Origin: an uncultured Methanosarcinales archaeon
Lineage (GTDB): Archaea; Nanobdellota; Nanobdellia; Woesearchaeales; DSVV01
Direction of reading: 5' to 3'
Assembly: GCA_964452935.1 (NCBI GenBank)
Contig: CAYVNO010000006.1
Coordinates: forward strand, 5,574-69,573
DNA length: 64,000 nucleotides
Within the stretch, counting starts at the first letter, position 1, and every line of letters starts with the position of its first letter. The notes below the pieces were generated by a model. The model made no database searches and was not told where the DNA came from. It saw nothing but the letters and a program-made list of their open reading frames with translations. A program made the translations under genes and the position numbers. Below are positions 19,073 to 29,506 of this stretch, piece by piece.

Positions 19073-20278
19073 TTAATCAAAATCATCTGAAAACAAGTTA
19101 TCAAATTTTAGATCTGTATTTAATTTATCAAAATCTGATTTTATATGACGCTGCACCATCTGACTTGTAGATGTACTAAAAACAATAGAATTTTTAGCCG
19201 TTAGCAATCTTTCAACTGGTTCAATCTCCAAAAGGAACAATTTCTTACCACTCTTTTGTTTATTATGATCCACACATTGAAACTTATCAATATTTTTCTC
19301 AAAAAATTCCTTATTGCTTTCTATGAGGCAAAATAAATCTTCTCCACCACCATAAAATATCACTTTTTCAAAATTTTCCAAGCAATTTTTGACCTTCATC
19401 AATGCATTTTCATAATTAACTATATGACGGGACTCAAAATATTTCTTAAATTCATCTTTTATTCCTTCAGTATAATCCATTTTTCTAAATAAAAATCTTT
19501 GGGTTGGGTAATTACTACTAGACAACTCAGTATAAGTAGCCAAAGGCGTACAATGTTCCATTTCAAGAAATTTAATTATGGAAAAAGGACTAAAATGATT
19601 ATGGTGGATAGCACATAGGGTATTACCATAACGTGGATTTGGATAGCGTTTAACAAACCAAGAAGGAACATCAACATAAATATATCCTCCTGGCTTAGTT
19701 AATGAAATTAGAGATCTCAAAAAGATTTTTGGATTAGATACTAAATCTAAAACATGTAAACACAAAACAACGTCAAAACCTTCTTTTAATTGTTTATGTT
19801 CTTCCTTCTCAAAGTCTAAATCATTCAACATGCAATCAATAAGTTCAATATTAAAATTATCCTGAGCGAATTTAACACATTCTTGGCTAGGCTCTAATCC
19901 TGCCACTTCGCAACCAAATTTCCCCTTTACCATATTAAGCAAAAGTCCCTGTGAAGCTCCAACATCAAAAATTCTCTTACCTTTTAATCCAATAATTCCA
20001 TCAAGGTAATTTATTGTTGCTTCATAAAAAATATTGGTGTATCTCTTCAAAACATTATCATCAAACTGAGAAGTAGGAACATTTTTATAATAACTTTTTA
20101 GTACTTCCTCACTATACCTTGGAAAGATTGATATAAACCCACAAGAAGGACACATCATAAAACTTCTATCTTTTGTATTTATCTGATCTTTAATCAAAGA
20201 ATAATCAATATCCACCATTTTAACATCAACAATTTTATTACAGTCATTATGACCGCACATTACACATTCATAATCCAT
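19073..20278 (-). CDS. Class I SAM-dependent methyltransferase with N-terminal Cys-rich Zn-ribbon (sugar C/O-methyltransferase-like)
   Basis: CVMCGH...CPSCGF zinc-ribbon pairs, then the FDVGASQGLL SAM motif I. Confidence 0.7.
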   Translation of the reverse strand: MDYECVMCGHNDCNKIVDVKMVDIDYSLIKDQINTKDRSFMMCPSCGFISIFPRYSEEVLKSYYKNVPTSQFDDNVLKRYTNIFYEATINYLDGIIGLKGKRIFDVGASQGLLLNMVKGKFGCEVAGLEPSQECVKFAQDNFNIELIDCMLNDLDFEKEEHKQLKEGFDVVLCLHVLDLVSNPKIFLRSLISLTKPGGYIYVDVPSWFVKRYPNPRYGNTLCAIHHNHFSPFSIIKFLEMEHCTPLATYTELSSSNYPTQRFLFRKMDYTEGIKDEFKKYFESRHIVNYENALMKVKNCLENFEKVIFYGGGEDLFCLIESNKEFFEKNIDKFQCVDHNKQKSGKKLFLLEIEPVERLLTAKNSIVFSTSTSQMVQRHIKSDFDKLNTDLKFDNLFSDDFD

Positions 20279-21423
20279 TATAACTCATCTCCTATTGTTT
20301 TTTTAGAGTCTTTTTTTAGCTGACTCTTCTTATTAATCATCGCCTTCGTTATATGATGGTGCTTTATATATTTTTCGTCTGGAAAGATGATTTGAGATAC
20401 TCTTTTAACACCTTGACCATCAACAAGTTTTGCTCCATTTTCTCCAAATCTTTTTCTAGTCTCTACATCAACAAGCAATCTCCCAATTTCTCTTGCTATA
20501 TCTTCTTCATTTACATCATCATAATCTCCAATGTAAAAACAAGTTCCAAATTCCTTAAATAACTCAGCAGCCTCCTTATTTCTTTCAGAAAAACTCAATA
20601 TTACTGAAGGCAATCTTGTAAACGCTGCTTCATAAGCTGTAACACCAAACAGTAAAATTCCCATATCGCTTTCTGACATTAATTCAAGCATATTATCAAC
20701 ATTTCTTTTAAAAGAATATTCTTTTTTTAACGTCTTCTTGAAATCTTCCAGTTGTTTATCACTCGTAAAGGCAGGTCCAATTATAACAGTTGTTTTGAAA
20801 TCCTCATTCACTTTCTCCAAAGCTTCTAATACTTTAAATATGCACCCACGACAATCACCACCTCCCATAGAAACAAGAATTTTTGTCACATCTGAATTAT
20901 CTTCTTCTTCGACTACAGTTGTATTGTTAAGATTTTCTGAGTCAATAATAGCATAATCAGCACCATAATACAACTTCTTTGTTCCAATCAATTTCTCTTT
21001 TCTTAAGTGCTCTGTGGGGATTATTACACAATCTGCAATTTTTCTAGCCGGCCCAATATTATCTAATAAGATTATCTTAGTCTTAGTTTTAATTAACCCT
21101 TCAACATAGGATATGTCAATCTTTTCTTTTAAATCAATAACTAATGAGATTATTTTTTCATCTGCAAGAATCTCACATAATTTTTTTGATTCATTCTCTT
21201 CACTTAAATCTCTATCTAAAAGCAAATACTCGAAACTTTCCTTTTTAATAAACTCTAAAGACACATCATAATTCTTTGTTATAAATAAAATATTAATATT
21301 TTTATTCTTAAAAAGATATTTAGCTAGAACTACACATCTCTTCAAATGCCCAAAACCAATCTCTCGATTTGCATCCACCCTAAATGCTATTGTTTTTTGC
21401 ATATTATTTGTTCCCCAGTCCAC
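20278..21423 (-). CDS. pseG: PseG-like UDP-sugar hydrolase (GT28 C-terminal-like)
   Basis: IAFRVDANREIGFGHLKRCVVLAKYL resembles the PseG N-terminal signature. Lies among pseB/C/I-like genes. Confidence 0.6.
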   Translation of the reverse strand: MDWGTNNMQKTIAFRVDANREIGFGHLKRCVVLAKYLFKNKNINILFITKNYDVSLEFIKKESFEYLLLDRDLSEENESKKLCEILADEKIISLVIDLKEKIDISYVEGLIKTKTKIILLDNIGPARKIADCVIIPTEHLRKEKLIGTKKLYYGADYAIIDSENLNNTTVVEEEDNSDVTKILVSMGGGDCRGCIFKVLEALEKVNEDFKTTVIIGPAFTSDKQLEDFKKTLKKEYSFKRNVDNMLELMSESDMGILLFGVTAYEAAFTRLPSVILSFSERNKEAAELFKEFGTCFYIGDYDDVNEEDIAREIGRLLVDVETRKRFGENGAKLVDGQGVKRVSQIIFPDEKYIKHHHITKAMINKKSQLKKDSKKTIGDEL

Positions 21424-22069
21424 CTAGTTTATTCCTATCTAATTTTTGAAAATTATTTTTGTATTTTTTACCAATGCACAATATGGACTTTGTACCTCCA
21501 GGAATCCATGATGCAATAATCCACTTTAAGAAATTTGGTAAATTCCAATAAAATGCGGACTTACATATTAATCCCGGTTCTAAAAAAATAAGTTTAAATG
21601 AATACATTTTCATAAGTGCAGCTAAACTAATGGGGGTGTAGGGTGTTTTGTGAGTTGGATCATTGTAAAAATTATTTTTGTCTAATTGCCAATTGGGGGT
21701 CCTTATTATGAGTATCCCTCTTTCTTTCAACACCCTATTCATCTCTTTCATAATATTGATTGGATTGCTTATATGTTCGATAACTGCATTACAAATTATT
21801 AAATTAAATGTTTTATCTTTGTAAGGTAAACTATCCGTCTCAAAATTGCATTGATCAATATCAATCCCTTCTGTATCATAACCCTTTATTCTACATGCTC
21901 GAACAAGATGCCCAGATCCACAACCAACATCAAGAATTTTAGATCGAAATTTGTCCTGTAAAATCTTTTTATAAGTTTTTATATATCTTAAATTATAGTT
22001 CAACCAACTGTTATCTGTTTTCTCACGTTGCATATCTATTTCTCTTTTCTGCCTATATTCTTTAATCAT
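21404..22069 (-). CDS. SAM-dependent methyltransferase (type 11)
   Basis: ILDVGCGSGHL motif I. 20-nt overlap with the downstream ORF as called. Confidence 0.75.
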   Translation of the reverse strand: MIKEYRQKREIDMQREKTDNSWLNYNLRYIKTYKKILQDKFRSKILDVGCGSGHLVRACRIKGYDTEGIDIDQCNFETDSLPYKDKTFNLIICNAVIEHISNPINIMKEMNRVLKERGILIIRTPNWQLDKNNFYNDPTHKTPYTPISLAALMKMYSFKLIFLEPGLICKSAFYWNLPNFLKWIIASWIPGGTKSILCIGKKYKNNFQKLDRNKLGGLGNK

Positions 22070-22111
22070 CTTTAACCCACCATAAAATATTATTTATATT
22101 ACTAAAAACTG

Positions 22112-23275
22112 TTAAGCCAACTCACCTTTAAACTGATTTAGGTTTAATGGAGGGACAAAACACGAATCTACGCCACCCTGTTTTATTAATCCACCAACCG
22201 AAATAATTTTTCTTATTCTTGTTTTATTCTTTATCTCTAAAAAATCATATAAGTTAATGTCCTTAACATCCACTATTAGGATGTCTATTGCCATTTTATT
22301 TGAAAACTGTATGATGTCTTCATTTGTCTCAACAAAATCACATTTAAAAGCAATGTTATCTTCATTGACAATTTTTTTACAAATATCATTTTTGTTTATC
22401 CCAAAAATAACACAATGGTTTAAATGTTCAACTATGAAATTAGAAAGAACTAACATTCTTTCAATATGGTTTAAACCAATCTTGTCTCCAGCTTCAGTTT
22501 TTATTAATATGTTGTTGTATTGCCCGCTTGGTTCTTTTTGTTTTACATGTGCATTTATCATCTTTATGGATGGATATTTATCTAAAAAATCAATAACCTC
22601 TCTTAAACCCACAATGTTTCTTTCATCTAAATAAAATTGTTTATATATCTCCTGCATAAATTTAAAGTCCGCCGAGTTGTCTATTGATAGTCTAAACCCA
22701 TCTCTTTGAAATCGGAGCGTTGGTTCAAAATATGATATCTTAAATTTCTCTGGATTTTCTCTTATGTAAATAGTAACATGTTCCTTTACATATCCTTCTT
22801 GAGAAAAATCCAATTGTTTTCTAAGCGCCTCTAAACTCACCACCTCCATACCTTCATGAATACATTTAACTCCTTGTTTTACCAATACATAATCAGAGTT
22901 ATCCTTATAAATAACTGATATCATTTTGTCAATCTCTTCTGGATCAATCAAAGGACTATCACAACATATTCTAACAACAATATCAGCATCAAATTTCTCC
23001 GCAGCTAAAATAAATCTATTCAAAACATCATCTTCAAGTCCTCGAAAATATTTTACATTCAATGACTCAAGATATTCAACAAGTTTATCATCTTCTTTAT
23101 TGATAGTTGTAGCAACAATTATCTCATTCACATTCTTAGATCTTCTTAATCTTTCAATAATATGCCAGACAATGGGTTTTCCAGATAGTTTCATCAAAAC
23201 TTTATTGGGTAATCTACTAGAGCTCATCCTAGCTTGAATAATCGCCACGACTTTCTTTCTCTTATCCATCTCCAT
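22112..23275 (-). CDS. CMP-sugar synthetase-type cytidylyltransferase (SpsF/PseF-like) with an extra C-terminal domain
   Basis: VVAIIQARMSSSRLPNKVL signature of the acylneuraminate cytidylyltransferase family. Confidence 0.7.
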   Translation of the reverse strand: MEMDKRKKVVAIIQARMSSSRLPNKVLMKLSGKPIVWHIIERLRRSKNVNEIIVATTINKEDDKLVEYLESLNVKYFRGLEDDVLNRFILAAEKFDADIVVRICCDSPLIDPEEIDKMISVIYKDNSDYVLVKQGVKCIHEGMEVVSLEALRKQLDFSQEGYVKEHVTIYIRENPEKFKISYFEPTLRFQRDGFRLSIDNSADFKFMQEIYKQFYLDERNIVGLREVIDFLDKYPSIKMINAHVKQKEPSGQYNNILIKTEAGDKIGLNHIERMLVLSNFIVEHLNHCVIFGINKNDICKKIVNEDNIAFKCDFVETNEDIIQFSNKMAIDILIVDVKDINLYDFLEIKNKTRIRKIISVGGLIKQGGVDSCFVPPLNLNQFKGELA

Positions 23276-24312
23276 TAAATATCAACCATCTCTCTTGTAA
23301 TTAATTCACCTTTTTTTACACTCGTTTTTATTTGTTGACCAAGAACTTTTTCATAATATTCAGGAGCAAGACTTCCTAAAGGGGAAGGCCTCACAATCAT
23401 TAAATTATCTTCACTTAATTTTTCTCCTACGTCAATATCAACTTTTGCGTAAATTGATCTTCTCCACTGGGTTTCTATTTTTTCACCTTCAGAGGGCCCA
23501 TTTTTTGCTTTTCCAATGGATTTCTCCACATTTCTAATTGAAGTCACCATCTGCTTTAATTCCTCAGCATTCAAAGCAAACTTATGATCTCCATGTTCTA
23601 ATGATTTGTCATATGTAATATGTTTCTCAATCATGTTTGCTCCTAGCACAACCGCAGCAATAGCATCTATAACACTATTACAATGACTAGAAAGACCAAC
23701 AGGAACTTTAAATTTCTCTTTCAAGAATGGAATCGTCTTTAAATTTAAATCTTCATAAACTGTAGGATACGCAGAAACACAATGGAATAATGCCAGCTGT
23801 TTATTTCCTTGTTGATAAATCCATTCAACACTCTTTTCTATTTCTTCAATTGTTGCAATACCACACGACATTAAGACGGGTTTCTGTTTTTTTGCAATAC
23901 ACTCAACCAAATGTTTGTCAGTCATCTCATATGATGCAACCTTATGCGCTGGAATAAACAGTTGTTCTAAAAAATCAATATCCTCTTCTGAAAAAGCACT
24001 AGATAAAAATATTAATCCCTTTGACTCAGCATAATCTTTCAAAGGTTTATGCCATTCTCTTTTAAACTCCCATTTCTTTAGTTTTTCAACCACATGTTCT
24101 TGAGTAAATTCATTAAATAGTTTATTTGCTTCAAAAGTTTGAAACTTAACTGCATCACATTTAGCTTCTACAGCCATATCAACCATATTCTTAGCATTTT
24201 CATAACTTCCATCATGGCCACACCCTACTTCTGCTATTATAAAACAAGGTTCTCCGTCACCTATTAATCTATCATTAATCTTAATCTTAGTTATATCTCT
24301 TATCTCAAACAT
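23275..24312 (-). CDS. pseI: Nonulosonic acid synthase (NeuB/PseI family) with C-terminal SAF domain
   Basis: PCFIIAEVGCGHDGS and AVKFQTF motifs of the NeuB family. I cannot separate Pse from Leg or Neu by sequence alone. Confidence 0.8.
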   Translation of the reverse strand: MFEIRDITKIKINDRLIGDGEPCFIIAEVGCGHDGSYENAKNMVDMAVEAKCDAVKFQTFEANKLFNEFTQEHVVEKLKKWEFKREWHKPLKDYAESKGLIFLSSAFSEEDIDFLEQLFIPAHKVASYEMTDKHLVECIAKKQKPVLMSCGIATIEEIEKSVEWIYQQGNKQLALFHCVSAYPTVYEDLNLKTIPFLKEKFKVPVGLSSHCNSVIDAIAAVVLGANMIEKHITYDKSLEHGDHKFALNAEELKQMVTSIRNVEKSIGKAKNGPSEGEKIETQWRRSIYAKVDIDVGEKLSEDNLMIVRPSPLGSLAPEYYEKVLGQQIKTSVKKGELITREMVDI

Positions 24313-25433
24313 TCTTTAACACCTCTAATCACATGCTCCACATCTGCATTCTTCATACTTGGGAATAGTGGCAAGGTTATTATTCTGCTAAAAACATTCT
24401 CTGTAACAGGAAATTCAATCTCACTAAGTCCAAATCTCCCTTTATAATAACTATGTCTATAAATAGGGATATAATGAACATTAACGCCAATATTTGATTC
24501 TCTCATTTTTCTAAAAAATTCATCCCTGTTAATTCTTTTATCTAACAAAACAGTATACAAATGCCAAGAATGTTTAACATCTTCATTAACAAATGGAATA
24601 CTTAATCCTTCAACATTTCTAAAGGCTTCATTATATCTTTCAACAACTTTCTGCCTCTTATCAACAAAGTCATCAAGCTTTCTCAATTGAGAAATCCCTA
24701 AAGCACATTGGAAATCAGTAATCCTATAATTTTTCCCCAATGTTTTCATATCATAAGCCCACCCGGCTTGTGGACCGAATCTCTCCTTACAATCTTTATC
24801 AATTCCATGGTTTCTTAACATCAACAATCTATTATAAATATCGCAATTATTCGTCGTTATCATCCCACCTTCTCCTGTAGTAATATGTTTGACAGGGTGA
24901 AAACTAAAAATGGTTACATCAGCAAATCCTCCTACTTTCTTTCCTTTATACTCAGAACCAACAGCATGACATGCATCCTCAATAAGAAAAAGACCATGTC
25001 TTTCAGCAATCTCTTTTATTTTTTCAATCTCACAAGGCTGCCCAGCATAATCAACATATAGTATCGCTTTTGTTTTAGGGGTGATCTTCTCTTCTATCTT
25101 ATTAACATCAATATTAAATGTCTTTGCACAAATATCAACAAATACTGGTTTACAATTATTATACAAAATACAATTAGAGCTTGCAATAAAAGTAAAAGGA
25201 GTCGTTATTATCTCACTTCCCTCTTCTAAACCTAAGGCTTGCACAGCAATATCAAGCGCAGCAGTTCCATTACAAACAGCAACAGAATGATTAGAATTAA
25301 CATATTCAGAAAACTCACTCTCAAACTGCCCAACCTTTGGTCCAGTAGTTATCCAATCCGACTTTAGAACAGAAACTACTTCATTAATATCTTCTTCATT
25401 AATATTATGTAAACCATAAGGGATAAATTCCAT
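24300..25433 (-). CDS. pseC: DegT/DnrJ/EryC1 family nucleotide-sugar aminotransferase (PseC-like)
   Basis: Family-typical WITTGPKV..FE and SFHPVKHITTGEGG (PLP lysine) motifs. Confidence 0.85.
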   Translation of the reverse strand: MEFIPYGLHNINEEDINEVVSVLKSDWITTGPKVGQFESEFSEYVNSNHSVAVCNGTAALDIAVQALGLEEGSEIITTPFTFIASSNCILYNNCKPVFVDICAKTFNIDVNKIEEKITPKTKAILYVDYAGQPCEIEKIKEIAERHGLFLIEDACHAVGSEYKGKKVGGFADVTIFSFHPVKHITTGEGGMITTNNCDIYNRLLMLRNHGIDKDCKERFGPQAGWAYDMKTLGKNYRITDFQCALGISQLRKLDDFVDKRQKVVERYNEAFRNVEGLSIPFVNEDVKHSWHLYTVLLDKRINRDEFFRKMRESNIGVNVHYIPIYRHSYYKGRFGLSEIEFPVTENVFSRIITLPLFPSMKNADVEHVIRGVKECLR

Positions 25434-25434
25434 C

Positions 25435-26439
25435 TTAAATTAAACCCATTTTATTAAACAACTCAATAACTTCTTGTTTGCTTATGAGTGCTTGATCAGA
25501 ACTATAATGATTCATCTCATGTTCAGATAATTTTCTTCCTTCTGATTGATATACACTACTATCATGATTAAAAATCTCTGGGACTATAACATACATATTT
25601 CTAAACTCGTAAGTCCTTCTAATTTCAGCATTATTAACCATATACTCATGTATCTTTTCACCAGGCCTTATACCTACTATTTTAACACCATTATTGGCAT
25701 TATATCTTTCTTTTAATATCTCTATTAAATCAACAATCTTAAACGCAGGCAACTTAGGAACAAATATCTCTCCTCCTTTTGCATATCTTAAAGAATTAAA
25801 TATCAAATCAATTGCATGATTGGGGCTAATTATAAATCTAGTCATTCTGCTATCTGTTAATGGAATATCTTCTCCTTCCTTTATCTTCGAAATAAAAAAT
25901 GGAATTACAGATCCAGTACTCTCCAAAACATTACCATATCTAACAACAGAAAAAATAGTTCTTGTTTTCCCTTTACTTCTATTGGTGTCTGCAAATATCC
26001 TCTCAGCTAAAAATTTACATGCTCCATATGTGTTTATTGGAGAACAAGCCTTATCTGTGGAAACAAAAATCGCTTTCTCAACATTATTAATCAAACAAGC
26101 TTTAGAAACATTAAGTGTTCCTAAAATATTTGTTTTTATAGATTCATCAACATTGTACTCAATTATATCCAGCCTTTTCAATGCAGCTGCATGAATAACT
26201 ATATCAGCACCATTTGCAGCTCTCTTTACTCTATCATAATCTCTAACATCACCTATAAAATGTCTTAATTTTTTATTATAATTAAACATCTCTTGCATTT
26301 TGTGATGTTTTACTTCATCTCTGCTAAGAATCCTTATACTTTGGGGGTTGTATTTTAGTATTTCTTTAGCCAAATGTCTGCCTAAATATCCTGTTCCTCC
26401 TGTTATTAAAACAGTTTTCCCTTCAAAAATATCATGCAT
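25435..26439 (-). CDS. pseB: UDP-N-acetylglucosamine 4,6-dehydratase (PseB/FlaA1/CapD-like)
   Basis: KTVLITGGTGYLG ... SRDEVKHHKM pattern typical of PseB-type SDR enzymes. Confidence 0.8.
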   Translation of the reverse strand: MHDIFEGKTVLITGGTGYLGRHLAKEILKYNPQSIRILSRDEVKHHKMQEMFNYNKKLRHFIGDVRDYDRVKRAANGADIVIHAAALKRLDIIEYNVDESIKTNILGTLNVSKACLINNVEKAIFVSTDKACSPINTYGACKFLAERIFADTNRSKGKTRTIFSVVRYGNVLESTGSVIPFFISKIKEGEDIPLTDSRMTRFIISPNHAIDLIFNSLRYAKGGEIFVPKLPAFKIVDLIEILKERYNANNGVKIVGIRPGEKIHEYMVNNAEIRRTYEFRNMYVIVPEIFNHDSSVYQSEGRKLSEHEMNHYSSDQALISKQEVIELFNKMGLI

Positions 26440-27169
26440 TTTCTCTCTCCATCTTCTCGCTGATTTTTCCTTTAACTAAATTGCTTGCTCTTAACAAACT
26501 ATCAAATGTTCCTGCATCACTCCAGAAACCTTTTACCTTGAAAGCCTTCATATCTCCCCTATTCACATAATAATTATTAACATCAGTTATCTCAAGCTCC
26601 CCTCTTGATGATGGCTTTAACGTTTTTACAACATTAAAAACTGAATTTTCATACACATACAACCCAGTAACACAATAGTTAGATTTAGGATTTTGTGGTT
26701 TCTCTTCTATTCCTAAAACCTTTTCTCCATCTTCTGAAACTTCAGCAACACCAAATCTCTGTGGATCATGAACCTCTTTCAAAAAGATCATACCACCTGA
26801 AACAAACGACTGAATTGCCTCTTTTACATTACCCTCAAATATATTATCACCAAGTATTACAGCTATTGAATCTCCTTTTGCAAAATCTTCAGCAAGAGCT
26901 AACGCATGAGCAATCCCTCCTGCTTTTTCCTGTATAGCATAACTAAGTCTAACCCCAAATTCACTACCAGATCCCAATAAATTAAGGAAATGTCCAGCAT
27001 GTCCTGGACCTGAAACAATTAAAATATCATTTATCCCGGCATCAATCAATGTTTTTAATGGGTACATGACCATAGGTTTATCATATATCGGTAATAAATG
27101 CTTATTTGTAACCTTTGTAAGAGGCATCATTCTACTTCCAGTGCCCCCTGCTAATATAACTCCTTTCAT
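26432..27169 (-). CDS. rfbA: Glucose-1-phosphate thymidylyl/nucleotidyltransferase (short form)
   Basis: MKGVILAGGTGSRMMPLT signature. Adjacent to rfbD/B/C-like genes. Confidence 0.8.
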   Translation of the reverse strand: MKGVILAGGTGSRMMPLTKVTNKHLLPIYDKPMVMYPLKTLIDAGINDILIVSGPGHAGHFLNLLGSGSEFGVRLSYAIQEKAGGIAHALALAEDFAKGDSIAVILGDNIFEGNVKEAIQSFVSGGMIFLKEVHDPQRFGVAEVSEDGEKVLGIEEKPQNPKSNYCVTGLYVYENSVFNVVKTLKPSSRGELEITDVNNYYVNRGDMKAFKVKGFWSDAGTFDSLLRASNLVKGKISEKMERENA

Positions 27170-27185
27170 TCCCTCACCTTTTTAT

Positions 27186-28013
27186 TTAATTGTCTTTTAT
27201 TTTTAAATAACAAGTTAAAGCATCTTTCCACGTTCTAAGCGGCGAAAGCTTTGTATTAATCAATATAGAGTATTTAGGCCTTTTTGCAGGTCTTGGAAAC
27301 TCATCACTCTTCACTGGAATTACTCTAGTATTTAAATTAGTTTTGGCTATTATCTCCTTGGCAAATTCAAACCAACTACAATATTCACTATTTGTCACAT
27401 GATACACCCCAAAATCACATTTATTATCAATAATCCACCTAATCTGGTGTGCTAAATCAAGTGTAAATGTTGGACTACCCACCTGATCATTTACAATCCT
27501 CAACTCCTCCTTTTCTCCACCTAATCTCATGATTGTTTCAACAAAATTCTTTCCATTTAACCCAAACAACCAAGAAGTCCTTATTAAATAATACTTGTCC
27601 ATATTCTCTTTCAAGACAGTCTCTCCAACTAATTTTGACTCTCCATACACACTCATTGGGCCAACATCAGAATCTTCTTTATACCCTTCATCACTCTCAC
27701 CATTAAATACATAGTCTGTGCTTATATGGATCAAGACTGCACCAACTTCTTTACAAATCTTTGCCAAATAACCAACAGATTCACCATTCACTTTCATTGC
27801 TATCTCTTTATTTGTCTCACACCCATCAACATCAGTGTATGCTGCTGCATTTATAACAATGTCTGGACTTAAACTGGAAATCTTCTCTTTCAATCTCTCT
27901 GCATCAGTGATGTCCACATCATCTTTACTCAAACCAACAACTTCTTTATCAGAAAAAGAATTCATTAAATCTGTGCCCAACATCCCTTTTGCACCAAGAA
28001 TCAAAACTTTCAT
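27186..28013 (-). CDS. rfbD: dTDP-4-dehydrorhamnose reductase
   Basis: MKVLILGAKGMLG and the overall RmlD pattern (AAYTDVD, STDYVF). Confidence 0.85.
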   Translation of the reverse strand: MKVLILGAKGMLGTDLMNSFSDKEVVGLSKDDVDITDAERLKEKISSLSPDIVINAAAYTDVDGCETNKEIAMKVNGESVGYLAKICKEVGAVLIHISTDYVFNGESDEGYKEDSDVGPMSVYGESKLVGETVLKENMDKYYLIRTSWLFGLNGKNFVETIMRLGGEKEELRIVNDQVGSPTFTLDLAHQIRWIIDNKCDFGVYHVTNSEYCSWFEFAKEIIAKTNLNTRVIPVKSDEFPRPAKRPKYSILINTKLSPLRTWKDALTCYLKIKDN

Positions 28014-28015
28014 TT

Positions 28016-29008
28016 TTATTGTTTTTTCGTTATGTCATTTATTGTTTTTCCTTTCAGAGGTCTCCACCAACTTTCATTCTCTTTGTACCATCTAATGGTC
28101 TCTTTCAACCCTTCTTCAAAAGTACGTTTTGGATTCCATCCTAGATCATTTTTTATTTTTGTAAAATCAATTGCATACCTAAAATCATGACCTTTCCTAT
28201 CAGGAACATTCTCAATCATCTCATCACCCAAACCAAACTCATTCAATAACAGTTTAGTAATCTTAATGTTTTGCATTTCAGCATCGCCACCAATACAATA
28301 TGTCTCTCCAATCTTCCCTTTATGCAGAATGAGATCAACAGCCTCATTATGGTCCCAGACATGGATCCAATCCCTAACATTCAAACCTTCTCCATAAACA
28401 GGAACTTTCTTCCCATCAATTAAATTTGTTACAAACAACGGAATTAATTTCTCAGGAAACTGATAAGGTCCATAATTATTTGAACAATTTGAAATTGTTA
28501 TAGGCAAACCAAAAGTAGCAAAATATGCTCTAACTAAATGATCTGAAGCAGCTTTTGAAGCAGAATAAGGTGATCCAGGATCATAAGGCGTCTTCTCAGA
28601 AAATTTCCCCTCCTCTCCCAATTCACCAAAAACTTCATCACTACTAATATGATGGAATCTTTTCTTACCATTTCTCAAAGCAGCATCGAGTAAAACTTGT
28701 GTTCCTAAAACATTTGTTTTTACAAATTGATCAGCATACAAAACACTTCTATCAACATGACTTTCTGCAGCAAAATGAACTATTGCATCAACCTCTTTGA
28801 CTAACTGATCAACCAGTTCTTTATCACAAACATCTCCTTGTACAAATTTATATCTAGAATCTCCTTCAAGACTCTTTAAATTTTCCTTATTTCCAGCATA
28901 AGTTAATTTATCTAAATTAATAATATTGTAATCAGGATACTTCTTTAATATCTGAAGTATAAAATTTGACCCAATAAATCCACAACCACCCGTAACTAAT
29001 AATCTCAT
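28016..29008 (-). CDS. rfbB: dTDP-glucose 4,6-dehydratase
   Basis: LLVTGGCGFIGSNF, HFAAESHVDRS and YSASKAA motifs. Confidence 0.9.
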   Translation of the reverse strand: MRLLVTGGCGFIGSNFILQILKKYPDYNIINLDKLTYAGNKENLKSLEGDSRYKFVQGDVCDKELVDQLVKEVDAIVHFAAESHVDRSVLYADQFVKTNVLGTQVLLDAALRNGKKRFHHISSDEVFGELGEEGKFSEKTPYDPGSPYSASKAASDHLVRAYFATFGLPITISNCSNNYGPYQFPEKLIPLFVTNLIDGKKVPVYGEGLNVRDWIHVWDHNEAVDLILHKGKIGETYCIGGDAEMQNIKITKLLLNEFGLGDEMIENVPDRKGHDFRYAIDFTKIKNDLGWNPKRTFEEGLKETIRWYKENESWWRPLKGKTINDITKKQ

Positions 29009-29023
29009 CTTTTAATCCCCCAA

Positions 29024-29476
29024 CTATTCAATCTTAAATTCTGAACTATCTCCTTCTTCATGTCTAATTTCATCTACGTCTTCTTTTTTGCTTTCTCCAG
29101 CGTACAATGCATCAGGTAAATTAATACAAACTCCTCCTTTCTCTGAAATACATTTATAACCATGCACAACTCCGGGAGGAACTATAACGCTAGTCATCTC
29201 ACTCTCACCAACAACTACTTCAACCTTCTCTCCATAAGTCTCGCTATCTTTTCTATTATCCCATAAATGCAACTCAAAATCTCCTGATCCAATAAACACA
29301 AAAAAATCACTCTGTTTTACATGTTCATGTGGTCCTCTAACTTTGCCAAAATTTGTAAAAGAAACATAACTCATTACAGGCCTTAAATCATCCTCATCTT
29401 TCCTATAAATCTCAGTCAACCACCCTCTTTCATCTGTAAATTTATTCAATTTTTTTATTATCACACCTTTTATCAT
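29024..29476 (-). CDS. rfbC: dTDP-4-dehydrorhamnose 3,5-epimerase-like cupin (short form)
   Basis: FTDERGWLTEIYR and a cupin His pattern. Located between rfbB and a dehydrogenase gene. Confidence 0.7.
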   Translation of the reverse strand: MIKGVIIKKLNKFTDERGWLTEIYRKDEDDLRPVMSYVSFTNFGKVRGPHEHVKQSDFFVFIGSGDFELHLWDNRKDSETYGEKVEVVVGESEMTSVIVPPGVVHGYKCISEKGGVCINLPDALYAGESKKEDVDEIRHEEGDSSEFKIE

Positions 29477-29506
29477 TTTAACCCCATTATAACATTGTTA
29501 CATTAA

